Numbered from the stretch's first letter, positions 38,815 to 49,641 are shown. The stretch is DNA of 64,000 nt from Thermotogaceae bacterium (GCA_030445775.1 JASUTC010000001.1:28914-92913); one strand, 5' to 3'. Notes: generated from the sequence alone by a model not told the origin. Numbers and translations are program-made.

Positions 38815-39630
38815 TTAATTCTTTCTTACCTGATCTAATGTCATCTGCATCCTTTGATGAATTTCTGATTCAAACAATTCATAAGTCTCAAAGTCCTCAG
38901 GGTGAATCGGATTCAGAATTACTGCATCTACCTTGGCCGGGCGAACAATCCAACTTTTTCTGGGCATGGCCTTACCCGTTCCGTCCACAACAACCGGAAT
39001 AAGCTGTTTTTTACTTTTATAGGCGATTTTTAGACTTCCGGGGGCAAAAGGCGCAATTAATCCATCTTTTGTTCTCGTTCCCTCAGGAAAAATACCAATA
39101 CATTCTCCTTTTTTCAAGTACTCCAAAATCTTTCTTAATGCTTTAACGGCATTTTTCGGGTCTTCTCGATCGATAGTGATACAAAACAACTGCATAGCCT
39201 CTTTGAAAAATGGTGCACGATTCAATTCTTCTTTTGCAAGAAAAAAGATCTTTTCGGAAATATAACCTAAAACCAACATGGGATCGAGATAGCTCTGATG
39301 ATTCATACAAATGATGTAATTATCTTCCGAGGGTATGTTTTCAATGTTTTCTATTTGTGGATGAATACCACACCAGGTGAATAATTTTCTGGAAAAAGCC
39401 GGAGATCTCTTTCGGATATATCTCTGAGCGGCTTCTCCACCTTCTTTTTCTTTAATTTTAAGTGCTTTTTTCAATTGTATGTAACCGTACAAAAGAATTA
39501 TAACGGCTGCCACAAAATAATAAATAGTATAGAAAAAAAAGGCGATTTTTTTCATTTTCCTATCTTCTCCTCTAATTGAAATCAAAATAATAAAAAGGGG
39601 CAACGAAATCATTACCCCCCGATTTTCCAA
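38815..39630 (-). CDS. plsC: 1-acyl-sn-glycerol-3-phosphate acyltransferase
   Basis: NHQSYLDP is the HX4D motif and FPEGTRT is also present. The probable start is the internal MKKIAFFF at 39555. Confidence 0.8.
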   Translation of the reverse strand: MENRGVMISLPLFIILISIRGEDRKMKKIAFFFYTIYYFVAAVIILLYGYIQLKKALKIKEKEGGEAAQRYIRKRSPAFSRKLFTWCGIHPQIENIENIPSEDNYIICMNHQSYLDPMLVLGYISEKIFFLAKEELNRAPFFKEAMQLFCITIDREDPKNAVKALRKILEYLKKGECIGIFPEGTRTKDGLIAPFAPGSLKIAYKSKKQLIPVVVDGTGKAMPRKSWIVRPAKVDAVILNPIHPEDFETYELFESEIHQRMQMTLDQVRKN

Positions 39631-39640
39631 ATAAAAAGTT

Positions 39641-40582
39641 TTACGGTGTTACTAATGCTAAGATTGCTTTGATTGAATGCATTCTGTTTGCAGCCTCATC
39701 GAAGATGACACTTCTCGGACTGTGAGCAACCTCATGTGTACATTCTTCACCATAATGAGCGGGCAAACAGTGCATAAAAATAGCCGTTGGTTTCGCTTTA
39801 TTAAACTTCTCCATATCAACCTGATAGGCTAGGAATTTCTTTTTCTTTTCTTCTGCTTCAGCTTCCTGTCCCATGCTTGCCCATACATCCGTATAGACTA
39901 TATCGGCATCTATGATTCCTTCGTTGACATCATTTGTAACGTTTATTTCAGATCCCGTATCATATCGCTTAACAATTTGTTTTGCATCGTTGATGACATC
40001 TTCAGTGGGTTCAAATCCCGGAGCTGTAATAGCAGTTATGTGTGTCCCCATAAGTGCTGCAGAGAATATCGTGGAGTTGCATACGTTGTTTCCGTCACCG
40101 ATATAAGCTATTTTTAAATCCTCAAAGCGCCTGAATTTTTCATAAATCGTCAAAAAATCCCCCAAGGCCTGTGTTGGATGTTCGTAATCACATAGCCCGT
40201 TTATTACCGGTACAGTTGCATATTCTGCAAGCTCTTTAACCGTCTTGTTTTCAAACACACGCGCCATAATCACATCCACCATTCCTGAAAGAACTTTAGC
40301 GATGTCTTCCGTTGTTTCTCTCTGGCCTAATTTGATGTCGTCCGGACCCAAATAAATCCCATGGCCACCCAAATGGGTCATAGATGATTCAAAGGATACC
40401 CTTGTTCTGAGTGAAGGTTTCTGAAAAATCTCAGCAAGCGTTTTGTTCTTTAAAATTTCCTGTCTTTGGCTCATATTTAAGCCTGTTTTCAATGAAATAG
40501 CCGTTTCAATAAACTGGAAAAATTCCTCAGGTGTTAAATCTTTGATACTAATCAGATCTCTTCCTTTAAGGTTTACTGACAT
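39641..40582 (-). CDS. argF: Ornithine carbamoyltransferase
   Basis: The STRTR and HCLP motifs are present and the 313-aa size fits. Confidence 0.85.
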   Translation of the reverse strand: MSVNLKGRDLISIKDLTPEEFFQFIETAISLKTGLNMSQRQEILKNKTLAEIFQKPSLRTRVSFESSMTHLGGHGIYLGPDDIKLGQRETTEDIAKVLSGMVDVIMARVFENKTVKELAEYATVPVINGLCDYEHPTQALGDFLTIYEKFRRFEDLKIAYIGDGNNVCNSTIFSAALMGTHITAITAPGFEPTEDVINDAKQIVKRYDTGSEINVTNDVNEGIIDADIVYTDVWASMGQEAEAEEKKKKFLAYQVDMEKFNKAKPTAIFMHCLPAHYGEECTHEVAHSPRSVIFDEAANRMHSIKAILALVTP

Positions 40583-40607
40583 ACCACACCTCCGTAGTTA
40601 AATTAAA

Positions 40608-41543
40608 TTATTTAGTTCTCTCTAAGGCAACTGAGGCAGCTCCGAGGATAGCCCCCTTTTCCTTCAATTCGCTGATGATTATATCATAAGAATGAGATAA
40701 AGATGGATAGGTATGCTCATGAGCAACTTGTTTAACCTCTTCAAGAAATATATCACTGGCTCTTGATATGCCTCCAGATAGAATAATCAAATCCGGATTA
40801 AATATATTAACCAAGGAACCGATACCTATTCCCAGGCCCCAGTTAAATTTTCTAACTACCAGGGTTGCCAATCGGTCTCCTTCTTTAAAAGCATCGAAAA
40901 TCGCCTTTGCGTCTACCGGTCCATTTCCTGAGTATTTGAACACAAGTGAATCGGGATAACGTTCTTGAAATATTTTGACCCATTTACGCATACCTGTGAC
41001 AGACGAAAAAGTTTCGAGACAGCCTTTACTGCCACAACTGCAAACAGGGCCACTGGGATCTACAATCATATGACCGATTTCACCACCATATCCATGTCCC
41101 CCAACTATGAGATGCCCTTCTGTATACGCTCCCCCTCCTACACCCGTTCCAAGGGTAAGTACGATGAAATTATCAATGTTTCTTGCAGATCCAAACCACC
41201 TTTCACCTAAAGCCGCTGCCTTTGCATCATTTTCAAGATAAGCATCATATCCGGTACTCTCCTTAATCATTCTCACCAGTTCAACACCATTCAAGGCTGT
41301 AATATTGTTTGCGTACATTATTACACCATTTTCTCTGTCTATTGAACCCGGAGATCCTATTCCAACCTTTACAGGCTCATCCAGGGCAATTTCTTTGATT
41401 AAACCGATAATTCTATTACAAATCATTTCCGTTCCTTCATTGACAAGCGTTTTAGTTGTTTTTTGTCTGGTGATTTCACCATTCTCATCAACGAGAGCGG
41501 CCTTTATATTTGTTCCTCCCAGATCCACGCCCACTATCTTCAT
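40608..41543 (-). CDS. glcK: ROK-family glucokinase (stand-alone)
   Basis: VGVDLGGTNIKAALVDENG plus the CSCGSKGCLE motif. At 311 aa it is the stand-alone counterpart of the kinase domain of the fused protein at 1-1974. Confidence 0.8.
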   Translation of the reverse strand: MKIVGVDLGGTNIKAALVDENGEITRQKTTKTLVNEGTEMICNRIIGLIKEIALDEPVKVGIGSPGSIDRENGVIMYANNITALNGVELVRMIKESTGYDAYLENDAKAAALGERWFGSARNIDNFIVLTLGTGVGGGAYTEGHLIVGGHGYGGEIGHMIVDPSGPVCSCGSKGCLETFSSVTGMRKWVKIFQERYPDSLVFKYSGNGPVDAKAIFDAFKEGDRLATLVVRKFNWGLGIGIGSLVNIFNPDLIILSGGISRASDIFLEEVKQVAHEHTYPSLSHSYDIIISELKEKGAILGAASVALERTK

Positions 41544-41547
41544 CTGC

Positions 41548-42108
41548 TTACCCCTTTCTCTTCAATATCTCAATTTTAACTGATGAATAGAAATATTTAT
41601 CTTCTATACTGTAATGTTCATTTTTTTCAATCTTGTAATCTTTGAAGGACTCCAAAATGATTCTTCCTCCGGGTTTAACAAGTTCTGTTGTATTAAAAAG
41701 TCGCTTAGTCATTCGATGGAACAACACTTCATTAAATGGCGGATCGATGAAAATGATATCATATGTATCAGGTGGTTTCTTTAAAAATCTTATCACATCT
41801 TTCTTGTAAATTCTAACATAATCTGAAACACTTAATCGTTGCACATTATTTTTCAACGTTTTAATGGATTTATCCGAAATATCCACAAAAGTAACAAAAG
41901 AAGCTCCTCGACTTAAGGCCTCTAAACCAATCTGTCCGCTACCGGCACATAAGTCCAAAAATGTAGTGTTTTTAACAGGTTGCTTTGATTCAAGAATTGA
42001 AAAAATGGCATTCTTTACCTTAGAAGGTGTATATTTTGTTCGATTATCTTCAACCTGTTGAATCTTTTGATTTTTGAATTTTCCTGTAATAACAGACAAC
42101 GACTCCAT
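41548..42108 (-). CDS. rsmD: 16S rRNA m2G966 methyltransferase
   Basis: DLCAGSGQIGLEALSRGA and DPPF motifs, 186 aa. Confidence 0.8.
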   Translation of the reverse strand: MESLSVITGKFKNQKIQQVEDNRTKYTPSKVKNAIFSILESKQPVKNTTFLDLCAGSGQIGLEALSRGASFVTFVDISDKSIKTLKNNVQRLSVSDYVRIYKKDVIRFLKKPPDTYDIIFIDPPFNEVLFHRMTKRLFNTTELVKPGGRIILESFKDYKIEKNEHYSIEDKYFYSSVKIEILKRKG

Positions 42109-42135
42109 TTTATTTCACCTTATCTTTTGTGACTC

Positions 42136-42996
42136 TCATTTTAAAAAATTCATCTTTGGAACTAAAATTTCTTCAAGAATCCTGTCAATTTCTCCACATG
42201 ATTTATAAAATCTATTGATAAACGGTGTTAAATTAGATAGAAATTTAGATAATCTTTCGAATTTAATAAAAAAGGTTGTCAGAACATTTGGAACACCTGA
42301 AAGAGTCTCTCCTTCAGAAGGGAGAAAGATATTGGGATAAGTTTTAGAAACAATGTGATTGATCATTGCCGCAATGGCTCTGTTTTCATTTTGAGTGTTT
42401 TTTGAACTTTTAGGCATTCTCAACGAAAAAAGGACTTGTTCATCTTGAAAATCGAAACGATATCCCTCTTCTTGCCACATTTCATAAGACAATAAAAGTT
42501 TTATGAACTTTTCTTCTGAAAATAAACCAGCTGCAGAAAGTAAATTCCTGCCATAAACACCTTCTCGATTAAGGAGTTCTACAGTTTCCGGCTTTTTGCC
42601 GACTATCGAAAAAGAAGGAATGGGAACCGGATCTGAAAACATTCCCAAAAACATCTTCAGGCTTGATTCCTCAGGCTGGGGGATCTGTAATCTTCTGAAC
42701 AGCTCTCGGTATTCTTCAATAAATTCTTGGGGAATGGGAATCTTTTTTTTCGCGATTGCCTTTTTGGAGGTGTCTTTTGTACTCGTCAAACCAATGATAA
42801 AAGGACCGGTTTTGGAAACATAGATGAACAACGACGGGAATCCTTTTGTGTAGATAAACAACCCGAGAATTCTTTTTCCGCTTTTCTGAGGAGTAAAAAA
42901 ACCTTTAAATGAATATTCACTGATTGTGTTTTTAAATATTCTTTCAAGATCTGCCGTTACGGTTTTTGGACCAAGTTTAATAAATTCCTCGCTCAT
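42136..42996 (-). CDS. Hypothetical protein (286 aa)
   Basis: An intact ORF in an operon-like position between recQ and rsmD. I recognise no motifs. Confidence 0.4.
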   Translation of the reverse strand: MSEEFIKLGPKTVTADLERIFKNTISEYSFKGFFTPQKSGKRILGLFIYTKGFPSLFIYVSKTGPFIIGLTSTKDTSKKAIAKKKIPIPQEFIEEYRELFRRLQIPQPEESSLKMFLGMFSDPVPIPSFSIVGKKPETVELLNREGVYGRNLLSAAGLFSEEKFIKLLLSYEMWQEEGYRFDFQDEQVLFSLRMPKSSKNTQNENRAIAAMINHIVSKTYPNIFLPSEGETLSGVPNVLTTFFIKFERLSKFLSNLTPFINRFYKSCGEIDRILEEILVPKMNFLK

Positions 42997-43014
42997 TTTG
43001 ATAGCCCTTCTTCA

Positions 43015-44793
43015 TCATTTGTGTTTTTTGATCAACTGTAGAAATCTTTCTCCATATTTTTTCAGCTTTTTTTCCCCGATACCTTTTATTCTCAATAATT
43101 CTTCATCTGTAAGGGGTTTTATCAAACTCATTTCCCTTAGGGTATAATCGTGAAATACGATGTATGGAGGAACATTTTCTTCAAGGGATATTGTCTTTCT
43201 CAAAGCCTTTAATTCATCGTATAATTTTGGGTTTGGTTTATGATCAGCCTTTATTAAAGAAGTTTTTTTCATAACCTTTTTTCCGCTTTTTAGAACTTCC
43301 CATGATTTCTTATTGAGTTTTAAGATTGGGTATAAGCCATTACTAACATCCAAATACCCTTCCGCGGATAAAAAGTTAATCAGTTCTCTGATATCCTTTT
43401 CTCTGAGTTGTTTCATTATGCCATAAGTAGACAACCGCTCAAAACCATTGAGTAAAATCTTGGAGCTTTTCGAGCCTTTAAGGACCTTTGCAACAGTTGA
43501 AGCACCATACGATTGCTGCATTCTGTAAACACAAGAGAGGATTTTTTGTGTCTCAATGGTGATATCTTTTTCGATTAGATTTTCATCAAGACAATTACGG
43601 CAATTCTGACAATCCTTTTCACCCGTTTCTCCAAAATACAATGAAATTGATTTCCACAAACATTCGTGAGTATGGCAAAAATTGACCATATCTTGCAATT
43701 TGGAATTGGCAATCGTTAACCTTTCATCGTTCAACTCGGATTTCTCAATCAAAAACCTCTGTATGCTCTTATCCACATCACTATATAACAAATAGGCCTG
43801 TGAAGGCTCTCCATCCCGACCGGCTCTTCCGATTTCCTGATAATAGGATTCCAGGGTTTTTGGCATATTATAATGAACAATGTATCGAATATTGGGTTTA
43901 TCAATTCCCATACCAAAGGCATTTGTCGCAACCATCAGCTCTATGTCCTCAAGAATGAACGCTTCCTGCATTTCTTTTCTGCGTTCTGCGCCCATTCCAG
44001 CATGATATTTACCGATTCTGATCTTCTTTTTCTTCAAATAAAGAAACAATTCATCCACTGTTTTCCTTGTGGAGCAATAGATAATACCGGATTCTCCGGT
44101 TCTTTTATCAATAAGACCTTCCAGGAATTGTCGTTTGTTTTTCCCCTTTATGACTTCTATATAAATATTAGAGCGCTTTAACCCCATATCAAACGTCTGA
44201 GGTTGATTCAATCCCAATAATTGCTTAATATCCTGTCTGACCGCTTGGGTTGCCGTAGCTGTAAAAGCACTAATAACCGGATTTCCCTTCAAATTAGAGA
44301 CAAAGTTCTTTATTAATTTATAACTGGGGCGGAAATCATGCCCCCACTGTGAAACACAATGTGCTTCATCAACTGCTACTTGTTCAATCCCAACCGTTGA
44401 AAGTCCTTCCAGAAAATAAAATGTATTCAATCTTTCCGGTGCAATATACAAGATTTTGCAATCACCCGAAATGAATGCATTCGTTCTCTCTTGAATCTCT
44501 TCAGTGGTTAAACTACTGTTAATATATGTCGCATTGATATCCATTGATTTCAGATTATCAACCTGATCTTTCATCAATGAAATCAAGGGCGATATTACGA
44601 TACTCTTCCCTTCAAAAAGTAATGCGGGTATCTGAAAACAAAGGGATTTTCCTGATCCTGTAGGCATGATGGCTAATGTATCATTTTTTTTCAAAAGGGA
44701 TTCAATGATTTCTCTTTGTCCCTTTCTAAACTGATCATATCCGTAATAATGTTTTAGAATCTGTTGTGGGTTCCATTTTTTGGTATTTATCAA
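43015..44793 (-). CDS. recQ: ATP-dependent DNA helicase RecQ
   Basis: Walker A PTGSGKS and the DEAHCVSQWGHDFR motif. The size implies C-terminal RQC and HRDC domains. Confidence 0.85.
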   Translation of the reverse strand: MINTKKWNPQQILKHYYGYDQFRKGQREIIESLLKKNDTLAIMPTGSGKSLCFQIPALLFEGKSIVISPLISLMKDQVDNLKSMDINATYINSSLTTEEIQERTNAFISGDCKILYIAPERLNTFYFLEGLSTVGIEQVAVDEAHCVSQWGHDFRPSYKLIKNFVSNLKGNPVISAFTATATQAVRQDIKQLLGLNQPQTFDMGLKRSNIYIEVIKGKNKRQFLEGLIDKRTGESGIIYCSTRKTVDELFLYLKKKKIRIGKYHAGMGAERRKEMQEAFILEDIELMVATNAFGMGIDKPNIRYIVHYNMPKTLESYYQEIGRAGRDGEPSQAYLLYSDVDKSIQRFLIEKSELNDERLTIANSKLQDMVNFCHTHECLWKSISLYFGETGEKDCQNCRNCLDENLIEKDITIETQKILSCVYRMQQSYGASTVAKVLKGSKSSKILLNGFERLSTYGIMKQLREKDIRELINFLSAEGYLDVSNGLYPILKLNKKSWEVLKSGKKVMKKTSLIKADHKPNPKLYDELKALRKTISLEENVPPYIVFHDYTLREMSLIKPLTDEELLRIKGIGEKKLKKYGERFLQLIKKHK

Positions 44794-44856
44794 CGATGGA
44801 CAGAACTCCTTAGTTTTAATAAATCTGTGTCTTCTTATCTCTTTCTTTGAAAGAGA

Positions 44857-46143
44857 TCACTTACAGACCATAATGTTTAATATGTATTCATCGGTTATTT
44901 TCATTGCTTTAGACCCGATGTTCGCAAGGTTTTTGATGGTGTTTTCAATATCGTTTTCAATAATCCCATCATTCTCAGTTGCACCATTCCCTTCAATGGC
45001 CAGTTTGGCTGCGAGATAAGCTGCATTAACTCCTGAAGCCACTTTTAATGCGCAGCCTGGTTTGGCCCCATCACAAATCATGCCGGTCAAATTTGCTATT
45101 AAGTTTTTTATTGACAGAATTATCTCTGCTTTGCTGCCACCCATTAAATAAGTCAACCCTGCTGCAACACCTGTTGAAGCGGCAACCACTCCACAAAGCG
45201 CCGATAGCCTTCCCAAATATGATTTGATGTGTATCGCCAACAGATGACTCATAGCCAAAGCTCTTAGCATTCTTTCTTCGGGGATGTTCATTTTTGCAGC
45301 ATACGAATAAATTGGTATTGTTGCGTTAATCCCCTGATTCCCACTTCCACTGTTACTCATGGCCGGGAGAACGCAACCTGCCATCCTGGCATCAGCTGCT
45401 GCTGCCGTCATTGCTACAATATATGAAGATAAACAATTACCGAAATCAGCATTGTTTGTTCTCAACATCATTGTTTTTCCTGTTCGTATCCCATAATCCC
45501 CTATTAATCCTTCTTCAGAAATAGCCATGTTTAACTGAACGGCCTTTTTAAGAAAAAAAAGATTTTCTATGGCTACTTTTTTTGAAAATTCTACAATGGT
45601 TTCAACATTAAGATCTGAGTCAAATTGATCATTCCCATTTTTTAGATCACCAGGTTCTTTTTTAAATAAAGTTTTATTATCCCGTTCAATGAGCGAAATA
45701 TTTGAATGCTCCTCTTGGATGACAACTTTGGCTTCATGCGTTATATCTTTGTTATAACATATGCATTCTACAAACAAGGGGTTTGAGTGCTTTTTTATTT
45801 CTATTTCGATTTCTTCTCTTTCAAGCTTTTCTTTTGCCCGCCGGATATGTTCAGTGGTTACATGTTTTAAAACTTCCAAGCCAAATTTCGATTCTCCTCC
45901 ACAAGCTCCCAATGCCGCTGCAATATACAAGCCCACCATTCCAGTACCCGGTATACCAACGCCCATACCATTTTTAAAAAGGTTGGGGCTCACAAAAACA
46001 TGAACCTTTCCTGTTTCTTCACCAAGCGTTTCTTTGGCTTTTGCAGCTGCAAGTGCTACCGCTATAGGTTCAGTACACCCCAGAGCAGGAACTACTTCTT
46101 TTTGTAATATTTTTAATATATGATCCATGGTCTCTTTTTTCAT
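44857..46143 (-). CDS. UPF0597-family protein (serine-dehydratase-like; L-cysteine desulfidase type)
   Basis: The N-terminal family signature ALGCTEPIAVALAAA is present and the 428-aa size fits. Confidence 0.7.
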   Translation of the reverse strand: MKKETMDHILKILQKEVVPALGCTEPIAVALAAAKAKETLGEETGKVHVFVSPNLFKNGMGVGIPGTGMVGLYIAAALGACGGESKFGLEVLKHVTTEHIRRAKEKLEREEIEIEIKKHSNPLFVECICYNKDITHEAKVVIQEEHSNISLIERDNKTLFKKEPGDLKNGNDQFDSDLNVETIVEFSKKVAIENLFFLKKAVQLNMAISEEGLIGDYGIRTGKTMMLRTNNADFGNCLSSYIVAMTAAAADARMAGCVLPAMSNSGSGNQGINATIPIYSYAAKMNIPEERMLRALAMSHLLAIHIKSYLGRLSALCGVVAASTGVAAGLTYLMGGSKAEIILSIKNLIANLTGMICDGAKPGCALKVASGVNAAYLAAKLAIEGNGATENDGIIENDIENTIKNLANIGSKAMKITDEYILNIMVCK

Positions 46144-46280
46144 CTTTTTCTCCTTTCAGTTTGAATAAATTTTTGGCTATTTTTTTATTAGCAAACCTTA
46201 ATAATAATCGTCAAGCAAATGAATGCATTATTTAAAAGCATGAAATTACTATTTTTAAGGAGATTGTTCAAAGGCTTATA

Positions 46281-46318
46281 ACCATCACAAAAGCGGACTT
46301 GGGGGATTGTCCGCTTTT
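46281..46318. terminator. Hairpin (aaaagcggac-ttgggggatt-gtccgctttt) downstream of serS
   Basis: A perfect 10-bp stem sits in the 270-bp spacer at 46144-46413. Confidence 0.45.
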
Positions 46319-46413
46319 AAATGTGAGGGGTTTTTATATATTTTTCTTTTTGAGGGGTTTATTGCTTTTTAGTCTTACACATTTTAGACTCTCAAAAAAG
46401 AAAAAGGTTCAAA

Positions 46414-47694
46414 TTAACCAAATATCCTTTCGGCCCCTCCCATGTATCCCCTTAGCACTTCAGGAACAGTAACTGTCCCATCTTTGTTCTGATAATTCTC
46501 TAAAATCGCCACAAGCGTTCTACCAACAGCAAGGCCTGAACCATTCAACGTATGTAAATATTCTAATTTGTTTTCTTTGTTACGATATCGTATATTTGCC
46601 CGTCTTGCCTGAAAATCTGTATCATTAGAACAGGATGATATTTCTTTGTAACTTTTATATGAGGGTAACCAAACTTCAAGGTCATATGTTTTAGCTGCTC
46701 CAAAGCCCATATCACCTGTACACAGTAGGATTTTTCTGTATGGAAGATCCAATTCACGTAAGATACTTTCCGCATCATTTGTCAGTTTCTCAAGCTCATT
46801 AAAAGAATCCTCAGGTTTTGTATATTTTACTAATTCAACTTTATCAAATTGATGAACTCTAATCATTCCTCGTACGTCTTTTCCATAACTTCCAGCTTCT
46901 CTCCTAAAACACGCTGAATACGCGCAATATTTTTTGGGGAGTTCGCTTTCCTCTAAAATTTCATCTTTGTGCATTCCCGCTAAAAAAACTTCTGCGGTGG
47001 GAATTAAAAACATGTCATCGGGTGTTGTCTTATAAGCCTCTTCTTCAAATTTAGGAAGCTGACCTGTTGCAAACATAGTGTCTCGTTTCACAAGATACGG
47101 TATGTTAATTTCACTATAACCGTTTTTTTCAGTTTGATAATCAAGCATAAAATTGATTAACGCTCGTTCTAAACGGGCAATTCGATCGGAAAGAACTACA
47201 AATCTTGCACCACTCATTTTTGATGCCCGTTCGAAATCCATCATTCCCAGTTCTGGTCCAATTTCCCAATGGGGCTTAGGTTCATATTGAAAAGTACCGG
47301 GCTCTCCCCATTTCATGATTTCTTTATTTGACTTTTCGTCTTTACCAACCGGAACATTTTCTAATGGAATATTTGGCAATTGTGAGATTAATGCTTCTTG
47401 TTTTTCTTCTGTTTCTCTTAATCGATCATCAAACTCCTTTATCTTGTTCCCAATATCTTTACTTTCTTCAATATTCTTAGCCGCTTCCTCTTTTTTACCT
47501 GCTGATTTTAGCTTTGCAACGGCCTTTGACAATTGATTTCTTTTTGCCTTAAGTTCATCAGCTTTTTGTATAAACTCCCTTCTTTTCTCATCCAAGGCTA
47601 TTATTTTATCAATTTGTCTTGGATCTTCATTCCTGGATTCCATCGCCTTTTTTATCTCTTCAGTATTTTGTCTCAATATCTTCACATCTAACAT
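46414..47694 (-). CDS. serS: Seryl-tRNA synthetase
   Basis: An N-terminal coiled-coil arm is followed by a class II core (motifs FRRE and [10 protein letters not shown]). Confidence 0.85.
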   Translation of the reverse strand: MLDVKILRQNTEEIKKAMESRNEDPRQIDKIIALDEKRREFIQKADELKAKRNQLSKAVAKLKSAGKKEEAAKNIEESKDIGNKIKEFDDRLRETEEKQEALISQLPNIPLENVPVGKDEKSNKEIMKWGEPGTFQYEPKPHWEIGPELGMMDFERASKMSGARFVVLSDRIARLERALINFMLDYQTEKNGYSEINIPYLVKRDTMFATGQLPKFEEEAYKTTPDDMFLIPTAEVFLAGMHKDEILEESELPKKYCAYSACFRREAGSYGKDVRGMIRVHQFDKVELVKYTKPEDSFNELEKLTNDAESILRELDLPYRKILLCTGDMGFGAAKTYDLEVWLPSYKSYKEISSCSNDTDFQARRANIRYRNKENKLEYLHTLNGSGLAVGRTLVAILENYQNKDGTVTVPEVLRGYMGGAERIFG

Positions 47695-47715
47695 TCAACT
47701 TTCACCTCTGTTATT

Positions 47716-48882
47716 TTATTTCCATTCTCCATAAGTAATCAATTTTGTTTTTTTGTGCTTTACCTCATGCCATTTGTATTTTGCGCCAAATTCTTTACAA
47801 TACTTTTCAAAATATGGAAAAAATCTCTCAATCAACAAAGGAAGATCAATTTTTCCGGTTTCTGAGAAAAGAATCAATAAAACCCTGTTTATATAAGAAA
47901 ACCTGTCTCCTTTTCTAATTTTACTGAACAATTCTTGAGAAAATTTTGGGATATTGATCATTTCCTCAAATCCCCTTTTAAAATGAACAGAAAGTAGTAA
48001 GGATTTTCGGTTTCGAGCGTTTAATTCATAGGCAATAATTTTTTGAAATTCACCTATTTCCAAAAAATTCTCATGTTTTTTAAAATCAACCGGTACTCTA
48101 ATGATCTGATTATTTTTAATAATATCGGACATCATATATTGAATCTTTGCGGGAACAGCAATGGATAATTCATTTTCCAATCTGTTTTTAAATTCCTCAT
48201 AAACTTTCATTGATTCTATTGTCTTATCTTTTTTATTTAAATACTGTAATTTACTCATCACAAGTTCTTCGTTCAAAGGAGCTATGCTTAAACCCTTTTC
48301 ATATAATTCTTCTATCTTGTCTTCAGATTGGAAATTATCGATATCAATAAGTTCTAAAATGATACGGACCGCTTTTTCCTGGTATTCTTTTCTCTTTCTT
48401 TTGGCCCAAGTATAATTGCAAAAGGGTAAATAATCCCCTGTGTAAATGTCAATTGCATCTAACAGAAGACGTTTTTTTATCTCTTGATTGTTTTGTTTTT
48501 CAGCCTGATTAATACTATTTTCAAAAATCTCGAAATCAAAGCCAACCTCCGGAGGTTTGTTTAACCAGCATACATGAGAATTTGATCGGATGAAGAATTT
48601 CCCAAAAGAATCCTTTTCGAATATTTTATCCAACCCTTTTCTTAAATAGTATAAGTTTGATGATAAATTCTGCTTCGCCTTTTCCTCGTTCATTTCCGGC
48701 CAAAAAATATCACATAACTCCTTTTTTTGGACCTTTTTTTCATAATTCGTTAGTAGATACTTAAAAATATCCAGCGATTTCTTTGCTCCCGGAAAATCTG
48801 TTTCGGTCTCTTTTGAATTTTTAAAAAAAATAAATTGTGAAAATGTTTTTATATAAGCATTGTACGATTGTTTACTGAACAT
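47716..48882 (-). CDS. SARP/AfsR-like regulator (OmpR-type winged helix plus BTAD domain) with extra N- and C-terminal regions and no receiver domain
   Basis: The wHTH is LDIFKYLLTNYEKKVQKKELCDIFWPE...LSSNLYYLRKGL. The BTAD is RLLLDAIDIYTGDYLP...YTWAKRKRKEYQEKAV...LYEKGLSIAPLNEELVMSKLQYL. Confidence 0.5.
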   Translation of the reverse strand: MFSKQSYNAYIKTFSQFIFFKNSKETETDFPGAKKSLDIFKYLLTNYEKKVQKKELCDIFWPEMNEEKAKQNLSSNLYYLRKGLDKIFEKDSFGKFFIRSNSHVCWLNKPPEVGFDFEIFENSINQAEKQNNQEIKKRLLLDAIDIYTGDYLPFCNYTWAKRKRKEYQEKAVRIILELIDIDNFQSEDKIEELYEKGLSIAPLNEELVMSKLQYLNKKDKTIESMKVYEEFKNRLENELSIAVPAKIQYMMSDIIKNNQIIRVPVDFKKHENFLEIGEFQKIIAYELNARNRKSLLLSVHFKRGFEEMINIPKFSQELFSKIRKGDRFSYINRVLLILFSETGKIDLPLLIERFFPYFEKYCKEFGAKYKWHEVKHKKTKLITYGEWK

Positions 48883-48906
48883 TTTTGCCTCCGAAATTTC
48901 TTTTTT

Positions 48907-49641
48907 TCACTTTGTGTGTTTTTGCAGGTATGTTTTCAGAACTTCTAATTGTTCCTCTAATTTAATTAAAGACTTTTCGATAGATACTTGATCTTCATTT
49001 TTGGCATATGTTTCAATTCTTTTTAAAGTATCTAAAACTTGTTCAGCATCAAAATTAGTCACACTTCCCTTCAATTTATGCACTGAATTCGCCAATTCTT
49101 CGTATTCTTTGCTATTTGCTATTTCTTTAATTTGCAGTAATTGATGCGGGTAATAATCCAAAAAATCAGAGACAATCTCGCCAACATCTGTACAGTTCTC
49201 CAGCAATTCGTGAAGTTTTTCAATATTGGCAATTTTCATTTCATTTGATGTGTTTATTCTGTGTTTGTTGATTTTATTCAATAAAACCTTTTCTTCAATC
49301 GGCTTTGTTATGTAATCATCTATTCCTGCATTTAAACATTTTTCTTTATCACCTTTCATAGCATGAGCAGTAACTGCAATAACTGTTACTTTAGACAGAT
49401 TTTTTTCTTTTTCATACTCACGTATCTTTCGTGTACATTCTAAACCGTCCATTACTGGCATTTGTATATCCATTAAAATGATATCGTAATGATTTTTTTT
49501 AAAAGCCTCAAAGGCTTTTTCCCCATTGTCAACGACATTAACTTTATGGCCAAGTTTCTCAATAAGTATTCTTATTAGTCTGCGACTAATTAAATCATCC
49601 TCAGCAAGCAATAAAGATAACTGCTTGTCCATGATAATCAC
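48907..49641 (-). CDS. Receiver (REC) domain fused to an HPt phosphotransfer domain
   Basis: The REC domain carries LLAEDD and the phospho-acceptor ILMDIQMP, and T/K sit at the expected positions. The C-terminal HPt motif is SVHKLKGSVTNF. Confidence 0.65.
   Translation of the reverse strand: MIIMDKQLSLLLAEDDLISRRLIRILIEKLGHKVNVVDNGEKAFEAFKKNHYDIILMDIQMPVMDGLECTRKIREYEKEKNLSKVTVIAVTAHAMKGDKEKCLNAGIDDYITKPIEEKVLLNKINKHRINTSNEMKIANIEKLHELLENCTDVGEIVSDFLDYYPHQLLQIKEIANSKEYEELANSVHKLKGSVTNFDAEQVLDTLKRIETYAKNEDQVSIEKSLIKLEEQLEVLKTYLQKHTK

Noticed and set aside
47695-47715. T-box leader for serS
   Set aside because: Only 21 nt separate serS from the upstream gene on the same strand, which leaves no room for a T-box.
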